A stretch of DNA of 12,595 bases from a virus (lineage: Duplodnaviria > Heunggongvirae > Uroviricota > Caudoviricetes), in IMG/VR virus record IMGVR_UViG_2690316345_000019; one strand, given 5' to 3'. Position 1 is the stretch's first letter, and each line of letters opens with the position of its first letter. The notes below the pieces were generated by a model. That model was not told where the DNA came from, ran no database searches, and saw only the letters and a list, made by a program, of their open reading frames with translations. Position numbers and translations under genes: made by a program. Below are positions 1-8,334 of the stretch, piece by piece.

Positions 1-241
1 TCAATAGGCCGCACGGTTGTTTGGTGGCGTCAAAATTGCCGAGGCGTTCCCTGAAGGCCGGGGCAGCCCACATGGATGTGGGCTGAGGGCGCGTTTTACA
101 GGGATGTTACCTCGCGCCCGACCCGGTAGCCGTAAGGGATAAGCCGAGGGCACCGCGCAGCGGCGATTTTGTTCGCCAGAGCCCGGGGGTGCAGGGGGCG
201 GCGGCGATTGGCCGCCCCCTGCGCGCTCCTTGCGCCAGTGA
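1..241. other. GC-rich non-coding stretch (about 67% G+C) with several strong hairpins; identity unknown
   Basis: Counted 161 G/C in the first 240 nt. Stops in all three forward frames (TGA 52-54, TAG 127-129, TAA 140-142, TGA 82-84). Hairpins at 64-85 (gcccac/gtgggc stem), 88-119 (gggcgcg/cgcgccc) and 191-222 (12-bp G/C stem, 8-nt loop). No U-run follows any of them. Confidence 0.5.
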
Positions 242-255
242 TTGGTTTGGGAGAA
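230..255. repeat. Left recombination site of the invertible segment (gix/hix-like 12+2+12 layout; core TT at 242-243, inner half-site GGTTTGGGAGAA)
   Basis: 242-264 (ttggtttgggagaagcggcaaaa) is the exact reverse complement of 1795-1817. The inner half-site resembles the gix/hix half-sites as I recall them. The outer half (230-241, ttgcgccagtga) is only weakly palindromic. Confidence 0.6.
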
Positions 256-588
256 GCGGCAAAAATGTCTGCCGCTGCACTTGTCATTAACGGTAATACG
301 TTGACAGCAAAAATCCCGGTAGTTATTAACGGCGTTAACAGGGAGTTTATTATTCAGGCATCTCAGATATCCAGCTCTGCAAGCAATGGTGTTATTACCT
401 TCCCATCCGCATTTCCAAATGCGTGTATTGCGATTTTTGCGCATGACTTTGCGACAGCGTCTACGGATTTATCGAATGTTCGGTTCTATATGCCAGGAAG
501 AACATCAGCATCATGGACAGGGCAAAATATGAGTACAGGCAGTGAATCATCACCTGCAACATGGTGTTGGCTGGCAATTGGCTGGTAA
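244..588 (+). CDS. Tail-fibre C-terminal variable-domain cassette (Mu Sv-like); probably a non-expressed remnant because no constant N-terminal region lies upstream
   Basis: The frame is open through the crossover site and encodes the junction peptide GLGEAAK, identical to the junction peptide of the opposite cassette. Internal ATG at 265. Upstream in the same frame there are stops at 127-129 and 133-135 and no tail-fibre-like coding sequence. Confidence 0.6.
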   Translation, partial: GLGEAAKMSAAALVINGNTLTAKIPVVINGVNREFIIQASQISSSASNGVITFPSAFPNACIAIFAHDFATASTDLSNVRFYMPGRTSASWTGQNMSTGSESSPATWCWLAIGW

Positions 589-1008
589 ATGGAGAAAACA
601 ATGAAATATTTTACATCTGCTCCGATTGCTCTTTATAACTCCGATATATCCTCTTATATACCCGGTGACGCAGTAGAAATCAGTGATGAAGTATATGACG
701 CACTTATTGCTGGTCAGGAGGCAGGAAAGAATATTACGACAGACAGTAACGGACTGCCTGTACTGGCAGAACCCGCACAACCAACTCATGATGAATTGGT
801 TGCAGCATCTGAATTAATGAAACAGCATCTGATTGATGCTGCTATGGCTTCCATCAGTCTGATTCAGCTGAAATTGCAGGCCGGACGTAAACTGACGCAG
901 GCAGAAACAACCCGCCTTAACGCTGTGCTGGATTACATTGACGCGGTGACGGCAACAGATACCAGCACCGCGCCGGATGTCATCTGGCCTGAACTGCCGG
1001 AGGCGTAG
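589..1008 (+). CDS. Tail fibre assembly protein (Tfa / Mu U-like chaperone)
   Basis: C-terminal DTSTAPDVIWP motif characteristic of the Tfa family. ATG 589 overlaps the upstream stop (TAAATG). An alternative ATG at 601 has a better-spaced GGAG. Confidence 0.85.
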   Translation: MEKTMKYFTSAPIALYNSDISSYIPGDAVEISDEVYDALIAGQEAGKNITTDSNGLPVLAEPAQPTHDELVAASELMKQHLIDAAMASISLIQLKLQAGRKLTQAETTRLNAVLDYIDAVTATDTSTAPDVIWPELPEA

Positions 1009-1432
1009 GCCATTCAATATCTGGCGCACTGGAAGTATCGACCAGTTCCAGTGCGTCCAGATAATCCAGCCACAAATTATATTGCGCCAGTTCCTCACCT
1101 TTCAGACGACCAATAGCCGCTTTACCTGGCCATTGTTTACTGTTCATATAATCGTTGGCCTGATTAATTAGTAGCTGTCTTTCTGATTCAGTGATTTCAA
1201 TAAGTTCTTCATGCGTGGGGGCAGGAATATCTGCCCACGCAGGCAGCCCATCATCTCCGGCAATACGGATTTTTCCTTGTGGCGGCTCAGCCATAAATTC
1301 ACTGATAATATTTTGATTTACTTCCTTTGCGTCTGATAAATCCCATCCCTCTGATTTATATTTATCAATCATATCCACAGGGAAAAAAGCATTATGCCTT
1401 GCGCTATAAACATATTCGTTCATATAAATCAC
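980..1432 (-). CDS. Alternative tail fibre assembly protein (Mu U'-like)
   Basis: C-terminal VDTSSAPDIEWP Tfa motif. Convergent with 589-1008 and overlapping it by 29 bp. The ORF-track start is GTG at 1432; ATG at 1421-1423 (MNEYVY...) is the more likely start. Confidence 0.85.
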   Translation of the reverse strand: MIYMNEYVYSARHNAFFPVDMIDKYKSEGWDLSDAKEVNQNIISEFMAEPPQGKIRIAGDDGLPAWADIPAPTHEELIEITESERQLLINQANDYMNSKQWPGKAAIGRLKGEELAQYNLWLDYLDALELVDTSSAPDIEWPTPPAVQAR

Positions 1433-1443
1433 CCTGAATAAAA

Positions 1444-1857
1444 TTACTCACCAACAGCCCACCAACTGTAATTCATCGATACTGTGGAGCTGGTTGATGC
1501 AGTTCTGTAAGCGGAATTAAAACCGGTTAGTGTTGGACCTTCTGCAGTCATCACGAATCCCCGTCCAGCGCCTAAAGGCGCACCACCATCACCAGAATGG
1601 GTAAGCATGGCGCAGTCCACTTTTTTAGGAAAAGGGATGCTGAATGTAATTCTCATTGTTTGCGTCGATAATGTCGGCGTAATCGCACCACGACCATATT
1701 GCAGGATTTTCCCGTTGGGTAATTTCATCCATCCATCACCACTGGCAAAAGAGGTCATGTCCGGTATCTGATTTTCCCCTGTCCCCACATCCCGTTTTGC
1801 CGCTTCTCCCAAACCAACGTTTAAGAAAATGCAGCGATTACGACTAACTGGCATCAT
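1444..1857 (-). CDS. Alternative tail-fibre C-terminal variable-domain cassette (Mu Sv'-like)
   Basis: Reads through the right crossover site with the same GLGEAAK junction peptide. The first ~14 codons (1818-1857) lie outside the invertible segment and are unlikely to be an authentic N-terminus. Confidence 0.6.
   Translation of the reverse strand: MMPVSRNRCIFLNVGLGEAAKRDVGTGENQIPDMTSFASGDGWMKLPNGKILQYGRGAITPTLSTQTMRITFSIPFPKKVDCAMLTHSGDGGAPLGAGRGFVMTAEGPTLTGFNSAYRTASTSSTVSMNYSWWAVGE
1804..1829. repeat. Right recombination site of the invertible segment (gix/hix-like; core AA at 1816-1817 on the + strand)
   Basis: Read on the minus strand it is TTTTCTTAAACG-TT-GGTTTGGGAGAA, an imperfect palindrome with 8 of 12 half-site matches. 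Its inner arm is part of the 23-bp inverted repeat 1795-1817. Confidence 0.7.
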
Positions 1858-1884
1858 CCCCGATTTTTATTCAAGGAGATGATC

Positions 1885-2451
1885 ATGCTTATTGGCTATG
1901 TACGCGTGTCAACAAATGACCAGAACACCGATTTGCAACGTAGTGCGCTGAACTGCGCGGGATGTGAGCGGATTTTTGAGGATAAAATCAGCGGCACTAA
2001 GTCCGACAGACCGGGGCTGAAAAAACTGCTCAGGACACTATCGGCAGGAGACACGCTGGTTGTCTGGAAGCTGGACAGGTTGGGGCGCAGTATGCGGCAT
2101 CTTGTTACGCTGATAGAAGAGTTACGCCAGCGTGGTGTGAATTTCAGAAGCCTGACTGACAGTATTGATACCAGTACCCCAATGGGCCGTTTCTTTTTTC
2201 ATGTCATGGGTGCCCTGGCTGAAATGGAACGCGAACTGATAGTTGAACGTACCAGGGCAGGGCTGGCTGCAGCTCGTGCCAAAGGCAGAGTAGGTGGACG
2301 CCGTCCTAAGTTGACCACCGAACAGTGGGCACAGATTGGGCGTTTACTCGAGGCCGGAGAATCAAGACAGCGTATTGCACTGATTTTTGATGTGGGTGTT
2401 TCTACCATTTATCGAAAATTTCCGGCAAATAAGAGCAATGAATCTCCCTGA
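1885..2451 (+). CDS. Serine DNA invertase of the Gin/Hin/Cin/Pin family
   Basis: N-terminus MLIGYVRVSTNDQNTDLQR with the catalytic Ser at residue 9 counted from ATG 1885, and a C-terminal helix-turn-helix (GVSTIYRKF). Very close to Mu Gin as I recall it. RBS AAGGAG at 1873-1878. The ORF track's longer start at 1879 has no spacing to the RBS. Confidence 0.93.
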   Translation: MLIGYVRVSTNDQNTDLQRSALNCAGCERIFEDKISGTKSDRPGLKKLLRTLSAGDTLVVWKLDRLGRSMRHLVTLIEELRQRGVNFRSLTDSIDTSTPMGRFFFHVMGALAEMERELIVERTRAGLAAARAKGRVGGRRPKLTTEQWAQIGRLLEAGESRQRIALIFDVGVSTIYRKFPANKSNESP

Positions 2452-2499
2452 ATCAGCTTTATTTTGATTATCCCTGAAAGCAGATAAATACCGTCATTT

Positions 2500-2517
2500 T
2501 GTGTGAATAACGGTACA
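2500..2517 (+). promoter_or_regulatory. TGT-N12-ACA dyad, the Ogr/Delta activator binding motif of a P2-type late promoter driving the tail operon
   Basis: TGT at 2500-2502, 12-nt spacer, ACA at 2515-2517. The dyad is centred about 85 nt upstream of the FI start codon, compatible with the reported -55 position plus a ~30-nt leader. Confidence 0.5.
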
Positions 2518-2593
2518 ACTGCGCTTAGCTGTTTGTCAGGCACAATCACTTCAACATAGGGCGAAGCCTAATCCAATCAGGAGGTTCGCCACT

Positions 2594-3766
2594 ATGGCTC
2601 AGGATTACCACCACGGGGTGCGCGTTGTTGAAGTCAACGAAGGCACCCGATCCATTACCACGGTGAGCACCGCCATCGTGGGTATGGTCTGCACGGGCGA
2701 TGATGCCGATGCAAAAATGTTTCCTCTTAATAAACCCGTGCTGATCACTGATGTGCTGACTGCCAGCGGTAAAGCGGGTGAGTCCGGTACGCTGGCTCGT
2801 TCGCTGGACGCCATCGCTGACCAGGCAAAACCCGTGACCGTTGTTGTGCGTGTGCCGCAGGGTGAAACGGAAGAAGAAACCACGACCAATATCATCGGAG
2901 CAGTGACCGCTGAAGGTAAAAAAACAGGCATGAAAGCCCTGTTATCTGCCCAGTCACAGCTCGGCGTTAAACCGCGCATTCTCGGCGTGCCAGGTCACGA
3001 CACGAAGGCGGTAGCTACTGAGTTGCTGAGCGTGGCGCAAAGCCTGCGTGGGTTTGCTTACCTGTCAGCGTATGGTTGCAAGACGGTGCAGGAAGCAATC
3101 ACTTACCGTGAAAACTTCAGTCAGCGTGAAGGAATGCTGATCTGGCCCGACTTTACTGGCTGGGACACGGTGCTGAATGCCGAAGCAACGGCTTATGCCA
3201 CCGCCCGTGCGCTCGGTCTGCGCGCCAAAATTGACGAGCAGACCGGATGGCACAAAAGCCTGTCCAACGTGGGCGTGAACGGTGTCACCGGAATTTCTGC
3301 TGATGTGTTCTGGGATCTGCAGGACCCGGCAACCGATGCAGGCCTGCTGAACCAGAACGACGTCACCACGCTTGTGCGCAAGGATGGTTTCCGCTTCTGG
3401 GGTTCCCGCTGTCTGAGCGATGATCCGCTTTTTGCTTTCGAAAACTACACCCGCACGGCGCAGGTGCTGACGGACACAATGGCAGAAGCGCACATGTGGG
3501 CGGTGGACAAACCGCTGACCCCGTCGCTGGCGCGCGACATTATCGAGGGTATCCGCGCCAAAATGCGCAGCCTGGTCAGTCAGGGGTATCTCATTGGTGG
3601 TGATTGCTGGCTGGACGAGTCGGTGAACGACAAAGACACCCTGAAAGCCGGAAAACTCACCATCGATTACGACTACACGCCAGTGCCGCCACTTGAAAAC
3701 CTGATGCTGCGTCAGCGCATCACCGATCAGTACCTGGTGAATTTCTCCAGCCAGGTCAGCGCGTAA
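2594..3766 (+). CDS. FI: Contractile tail sheath protein (P2 FI family)
   Basis: 390 aa, similar in size to P2 FI (about 396 aa). It is the first gene of the conserved order FI-FII-E-T-U-D. RBS AGGAGG at 2579-2584. Confidence 0.9.
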   Translation: MAQDYHHGVRVVEVNEGTRSITTVSTAIVGMVCTGDDADAKMFPLNKPVLITDVLTASGKAGESGTLARSLDAIADQAKPVTVVVRVPQGETEEETTTNIIGAVTAEGKKTGMKALLSAQSQLGVKPRILGVPGHDTKAVATELLSVAQSLRGFAYLSAYGCKTVQEAITYRENFSQREGMLIWPDFTGWDTVLNAEATAYATARALGLRAKIDEQTGWHKSLSNVGVNGVTGISADVFWDLQDPATDAGLLNQNDVTTLVRKDGFRFWGSRCLSDDPLFAFENYTRTAQVLTDTMAEAHMWAVDKPLTPSLARDIIEGIRAKMRSLVSQGYLIGGDCWLDESVNDKDTLKAGKLTIDYDYTPVPPLENLMLRQRITDQYLVNFSSQVSA

Positions 3767-3775
3767 GGGGACAAC

Positions 3776-4291
3776 ATGGCTTTACCACGCAAATTAAAAC
3801 ACCTGAACCTGTTTAATGACGGGAACAACTGGCAGGGGATCGTTGAGTCGCTGACGCTGCCGAAATTCACCCGCAAATATGAGAAGTATCGCGGCGGCGG
3901 AATGCCGGGTGCAGTGGATGTGGATCTGGGGCTTGATGACAGTGCGCTGGACACAGAATTTTCCATTGGTGGTACTGAACTGCTGCTGTTTAAACAGATG
4001 GGCAAAGCTACGGTGGATGGCATCCAGCTGCGCTTTACCGGCTCTATCCAGCGTGACGATACCGGGGAAGTGCAGGCTGTGGAGCTTGTGGTGCGTGGAC
4101 GTCACAAAGAAGTGGATTCCGGCGAGTGGAAGACGGGCGAAAGCAACACCACCAAAGTGACCAGTACCAACAGCTACGCGAAGCTGACTATAAATGGTGA
4201 GGTGCTCTATGAAGTGGACCTTATCAACATGGTGGAAATTGTGGACGGTGTGGACCTGATGGAAGCGCACCGCAACGCCCTCGGCCTCTGA
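3776..4291 (+). CDS. FII: Tail tube protein (P2 FII family)
   Basis: 171 aa (P2 FII is about 172 aa). It lies 9 bp after the sheath gene; RBS AAGGGGA upstream. Confidence 0.9.
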   Translation: MALPRKLKHLNLFNDGNNWQGIVESLTLPKFTRKYEKYRGGGMPGAVDVDLGLDDSALDTEFSIGGTELLLFKQMGKATVDGIQLRFTGSIQRDDTGEVQAVELVVRGRHKEVDSGEWKTGESNTTKVTSTNSYAKLTINGEVLYEVDLINMVEIVDGVDLMEAHRNALGL

Positions 4292-4345
4292 TATATCTGA
4301 ACGGCGCGGGATACCGCGCCAGAACCCAATTTACAGGACAGCAAA

Positions 4346-4648
4346 ATGAGCGATAAGCAGACTGAAAAGACCATTCAACTGGATACCCCCATCAAGCGCG
4401 GTAAAACAGAAATCACCGAAATTGTGCTGCGTAAACCGCAGTCCGGTGCCCTGCGCGGTACACGCCTGCAGGCCATTATGGATATGGATGTAAACGCGAT
4501 GATGACCGTGATCCCCCGCATCTCCAGTCCGGCACTGACTGCACAGGAAATTGCAGAGATGGACCCGGCAGATCTCACTGCCATGTCGGTTGAGGTTGTC
4601 ACTTTTTTGTTGAAGAAGTCGGTGCTTGCCGGTTTACCGACAGCCTGA
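4346..4648 (+). CDS. E: Tail assembly chaperone E (P2 gpE family)
   Basis: 100-aa ORF between the tube and tape-measure genes. Contains the slippery heptamer T_TTT_TTG at 4603-4609 near its 3' end. Confidence 0.8.
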   Translation: MSDKQTEKTIQLDTPIKRGKTEITEIVLRKPQSGALRGTRLQAIMDMDVNAMMTVIPRISSPALTAQEIAEMDPADLTAMSVEVVTFLLKKSVLAGLPTA

Positions 4649-4785
4649 CGGTTGACGATCTGGTGGCAGATATTGCCACCATTTTTCACTGGCCGCCATC
4701 CGTTACTGACGTTATGCCGCTGACCGAAGTGCTGGAATGGCGGTATAAAGCGATTCAGAGAAGCGGGGCCAACGATGAGTTATAA
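4346..4785 (+). CDS. Tail assembly chaperone E+E', predicted product of a programmed -1 ribosomal frameshift at 4603-4609
   Basis: After a -1 slip on TTTTTTG the new frame stays open from 4609 to the TAA at 4783-4785, overlapping the tape-measure start at 4775. This mirrors the P2 E/E' and lambda G/GT arrangement. Confidence 0.6.
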
Positions 4786-7700
4786 TAACCTGCGCCTGCA
4801 GGTCATTCTTAATGCGGTTGACAAACTCACCCGCCCATTCCGTGCTGCACAGGCCAGTTCGAAAGAGCTGGCTGGCGCAATCAGAAACTCCCGTGACGCA
4901 TTAAAGCAACTCAATCAGGCGGGTAACAGCCTGGAAAAATTTCGCAAGCTGCAGGCAGATAACAAGAAGTTAGGCGACAGGCTGAACTATGCCAGACAGA
5001 AGGCAAATTTGCTTAGTTCTGAGCTGGAAGCGATGGAACAACCATCACAACGGCACCTTGTGGCTTTAGGTCGGCAAACGCTGGCAGTCCAACGCCTGGA
5101 AGAACAACAAAAATATTTGCAGAAGCAAACGGCGCTTGTGCGTGCAGAACTGTACCGGGCGGGAATTTCTGCGAAAGATGATGCGGGAGCAACTGCCCGT
5201 TTAGCCCGTGAAACATCACGTTATAACCAGGAACTTTCGAAACAGGAGGCGCGGCTGAAGCGACTGGGGGAAGCTCAGCGCAGGATGAATGCGGCGCGTG
5301 CCAGTTATGCCCGTTCACTGGAGGTGCGTGATCGTATTGCAGGCGCCGGAGCCACCACCACGGCTGCAGGGCTGGCAATGGGCGCACCAGTGATGGCGGC
5401 AGTAAAAAGCTATACCAGCATGGAAGATGCCATGAAAGGTGTGGCAAAGCAGGTCAATGGTCTGCGTGACGATAATGGCAACCGCACTGCACGTTTTTAT
5501 GAAATGCAGGATGCCATCAAGGCTGCCAGCGAACAGTTGCCGATGGAAAACGGTGCGGTTGACTTCGCTGCACTGGTTGAAGGTGGTGCGCGCATGAACG
5601 TCGCAAACCCTGACGACAGCTGGGAAGACCAGAAACGTGACCTGCTGGCCTTCGCCAGTACGGCGGCAAAGGCAGCAACAGCCTTTGAGCTGCCAGCGGA
5701 TGAACTGTCAGAAAGTCTGGGGAAAATCGCCCAGCTCTACAAAATACCTACCCGCAATATTGAACAGCTCGGTGATGCGCTGAACTATCTGGATGATAAC
5801 GCCATGTCGAAAGGGGCGGACATCATCGATGTGATGCAACGTCTGGGCGGTGTGGCTGACCGTCTGGATTATCGTAAAGCGGCGGCACTGGGTTCCACCT
5901 TTCTGACACTGGGCGCTGCGCCGGAGGTTGCAGCCAGTGCAGCAAACGCGATGGTGCGTGAATTGTCCATTGCCACCATGCAAAGCAAGAGTTTCTTTGA
6001 AGGGATGAATCTGCTGAAACTCAATCCTGAAGTGATTGAAAAGCAGATGACGAAGGATGCGATGGGAACTATCCAGCGTGTGCTGGAGAAGGTGAACGCA
6101 CTGCCGCAGGACAAGCGTTTGTCTGCCATGACCATGTTGTTTGGTAAAGAGTTTGGCGATGACGCGGCGAAACTGGCAAACAACCTGCCGGAACTACAGC
6201 GCCAGCTAAAACTGACTGCGGGCAATGATGCGCTCGGTTCCATGCAGAAAGAATCCGACATCAACAAAGACTCACTTTCTGCGCAGTGGTTGCTGGTCAA
6301 AACCGGAGCGCAGAACACCTTCAGCAGCCTGGGCGAAACGCTGCGCCAGCCGCTGATGGATATTCTGTACACGGTGAAAAGCATTACGGGGGCGTTGCGC
6401 CGCTGGGTGGAAGCTAACCCGGAACTGACAGGCACACTGATGAAAGTAGCGGCTGTTGTGGCTGCGGTTACCGTAGGCCTCGGCACCTTAGCGGTGGCGC
6501 TGGCTGCAGTGCTGGGGCCGCTGGCAGTGATCCGTCTGGGATTCTCTGTGCTGGGCATCAAAACGTTACCTTCCGTTACGGCAGCAGTAACTCGAACCAG
6601 CAGCGCGTTGTCCTGGCTGGCTGGCGCACCACTGGCACTGCTGCGACGCGGGCTTGCTTCATCGGGCAACGCCGCAGGTTTACTTACTGCTCCGTTGTCG
6701 TCTTTGCGCCGCACGGCATCACTGACGGGAAATGTCCTGAAAACGGTAGCAGGTGCGCCGGTTGCACTGTTGCGGTCTGGATTATCCGGTTTACGTGCGG
6801 TTGCTGTGATGTTTATGAATCCACTGGCAGCACTACGCGGCGGGCTGGCTGCCGCAGGCACGGTGCTGCGAGTACTGGCATCCGGTCCGCTGGCGATGTT
6901 GCGCGTTGCCCTGTATGCCGTATCTGGTCTGTTAGGTGCACTGCTTAGTCCGATAGGTCTTGTGGTTACTGCACTGGCGGGTGTGGCACTGGTTGTCTGG
7001 AAATACTGGCAACCCATCACCGCATTTCTCGGTGGCGTGGTGGAAGGATTCAACGCGGCGGCAGGTCCCATCAGTGCAGCGTTCGAACCGCTTAAGCCTG
7101 TGTTCCAGTGGATTGGCGACAAAGTGCAGGCGTTGTGGGGTTGGTTTACTGATCTGCTGACGCCCGTTAAGTCGACCTCTGCCGAACTGCAGAGCGCAGC
7201 GGCAATGGGGCGACGATTCGGGGAGGCACTGGCGGAAGGGCTGAATATGGTTATGCATCCGCTGGACTCCCTGAAATCTGGCGTTTCCTGGTTGCTGGAT
7301 AAACTCGGCATTGTCAGTAAAGAGGCTGCAAAGGCGAAACTGCCGGAAAGCGTGACGCGTCAACAACCTGCGACGGTGAATGCAGACGGTAAAGTGATGA
7401 TGCCATCGGGTGGTTTTCCGTCATGGGGATATGGCTTTGCGGGGATGTATGACAGCGGCGGCTATATCCCGCGTGGGCAGTTTGGCATCGTCGGTGAAAA
7501 CGGGCCGGAAATTGTTAACGGCCCGGCAAATGTGACCAGCCGGAGAAATACAGCTGCACTGGCTGCCGTTGTTGCCGGAATGATGGGCGTTGCTGCCGCG
7601 CCAGCAGAGCTTCCACCGTTGCATCCTTTGGCGCTTCCCGCGAAAGGCGGTGAAGCGATGGTGAGTCGCGCAGCTGCTGTGCCGCCCGTTCAACGGATTG

Positions 7701-7852
7701 AGGCACCGACGCAGATCATCATTCAGACGCAGCCAGGACAAAGTGCGCAGGATATTGCGCGGGAGGTGGCCCGCCAGCTTGATGAACGTGAACGCAGGCT
7801 GAAGGCAAAAGCCAGGAGTAACTACAGCGATCAGGGGGGATACGACGCATGA
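4775..7852 (+). CDS. T: Tail tape measure protein (P2 gpT family)
   Basis: 1025 aa. N-terminal coiled-coil-like region, Ala/Gly/Leu-rich central hydrophobic repeats, and a C-terminal region typical of P2-like tape measure proteins. Positioned directly after E/E'. Confidence 0.9.
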   Translation: MSYNNLRLQVILNAVDKLTRPFRAAQASSKELAGAIRNSRDALKQLNQAGNSLEKFRKLQADNKKLGDRLNYARQKANLLSSELEAMEQPSQRHLVALGRQTLAVQRLEEQQKYLQKQTALVRAELYRAGISAKDDAGATARLARETSRYNQELSKQEARLKRLGEAQRRMNAARASYARSLEVRDRIAGAGATTTAAGLAMGAPVMAAVKSYTSMEDAMKGVAKQVNGLRDDNGNRTARFYEMQDAIKAASEQLPMENGAVDFAALVEGGARMNVANPDDSWEDQKRDLLAFASTAAKAATAFELPADELSESLGKIAQLYKIPTRNIEQLGDALNYLDDNAMSKGADIIDVMQRLGGVADRLDYRKAAALGSTFLTLGAAPEVAASAANAMVRELSIATMQSKSFFEGMNLLKLNPEVIEKQMTKDAMGTIQRVLEKVNALPQDKRLSAMTMLFGKEFGDDAAKLANNLPELQRQLKLTAGNDALGSMQKESDINKDSLSAQWLLVKTGAQNTFSSLGETLRQPLMDILYTVKSITGALRRWVEANPELTGTLMKVAAVVAAVTVGLGTLAVALAAVLGPLAVIRLGFSVLGIKTLPSVTAAVTRTSSALSWLAGAPLALLRRGLASSGNAAGLLTAPLSSLRRTASLTGNVLKTVAGAPVALLRSGLSGLRAVAVMFMNPLAALRGGLAAAGTVLRVLASGPLAMLRVALYAVSGLLGALLSPIGLVVTALAGVALVVWKYWQPITAFLGGVVEGFNAAAGPISAAFEPLKPVFQWIGDKVQALWGWFTDLLTPVKSTSAELQSAAAMGRRFGEALAEGLNMVMHPLDSLKSGVSWLLDKLGIVSKEAAKAKLPESVTRQQPATVNADGKVMMPSGGFPSWGYGFAGMYDSGGYIPRGQFGIVGENGPEIVNGPANVTSRRNTAALAAVVAGMMGVAAAPAELPPLHPLALPAKGGEAMVSRAAAVPPVQRIEAPTQIIIQTQPGQSAQDIAREVARQLDERERRLKAKARSNYSDQGGYDA

Positions 7853-8334
7853 TGATGGTGCTGGGATTGTACGTGTTTATGCTGCGCACCGTGCCGTATC
7901 AGGAGCTGCAGTATCAGCGCAGCTGGCGACATGCGGCTAACAGCCGGGTTAACCGACGCCCGTCAACGCAGTTTCTGGGACCGGACAATGACATGCTGAC
8001 GCTTTCTGGTGTTCTTATGCCGGAGATAACAGGCGGCAGGCTGTCGTTGCTGGCACTGGAGCAGATGGCAGAACAGGGGAAAGCATGGCCTCTGATTGAA
8101 GGCAGCGGCACGATTTACGGCATGTATGTGATTGAGGGACTGAATCAGACTAAAACGGAGTTTTTCCGCGACGGTATGCCGCGCCGGATTGAGTTCACCT
8201 TGTCGCTCAAACGGGTGGATGAATCCCTGTCCGATATGTTCGGTGATCTCAGTACGCAACTGAATAATCTGCAGGACACGGCAACATCTGCCTTAAGTGA
8301 TATCAGTAAAACGGTGGGAGGGCTGCTGTCGTGA
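7849..8334 (+). CDS. U: Tail protein U (P2 gpU family)
   Basis: 161 aa (P2 U is about 159 aa). Its start overlaps the T stop (ATGA). Confidence 0.85.
   Translation: MMMVLGLYVFMLRTVPYQELQYQRSWRHAANSRVNRRPSTQFLGPDNDMLTLSGVLMPEITGGRLSLLALEQMAEQGKAWPLIEGSGTIYGMYVIEGLNQTKTEFFRDGMPRRIEFTLSLKRVDESLSDMFGDLSTQLNNLQDTATSALSDISKTVGGLLS

Larger units (their letters stand above)
242..1817. other. Invertible DNA segment (about 1.58 kb) of a tail-fibre host-range switch, Mu G / P1 C / e14 P-segment type
   Basis: Bounded by a perfect 23-bp inverted repeat. Contains two convergent tail-fibre C-terminal cassettes and two convergent Tfa genes. A serine invertase gene lies immediately outside the right site. 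No further copies of the repeat were found inside the segment. Confidence 0.8.

Noticed and set aside
1-241. Retron msr/msd hypothesis for the GC-rich hairpin block
   Set aside because: No reverse transcriptase gene follows on either strand within the window, and I could not recognise msr/msd hallmarks. It remains listed only as an unexplained structured region.
1-444. 147-aa minus-strand ORF running off the window start
   Set aside because: It is antisense to the tail-fibre cassette and the GC-rich block, with a Pro/Gly/Arg-rich low-complexity product; a typical spurious frame in high-GC DNA.
2452-2593. Possible accessory or defence cargo at the P2 Z/fun-equivalent position between the tail-fibre assembly gene and FI
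   Set aside because: The only gene at this position is the invertase, which belongs to the fibre switch. The remaining 142 bp is a promoter region with no ORF.
5869-7311. 480-aa ORF on the minus strand inside the tape measure gene
   Set aside because: It is antisense to a well-supported gene, its product is low-complexity (Ser/Ala/Pro/Arg-rich), and it arises from the GC-rich repetitive part of T. No RBS or family signature.
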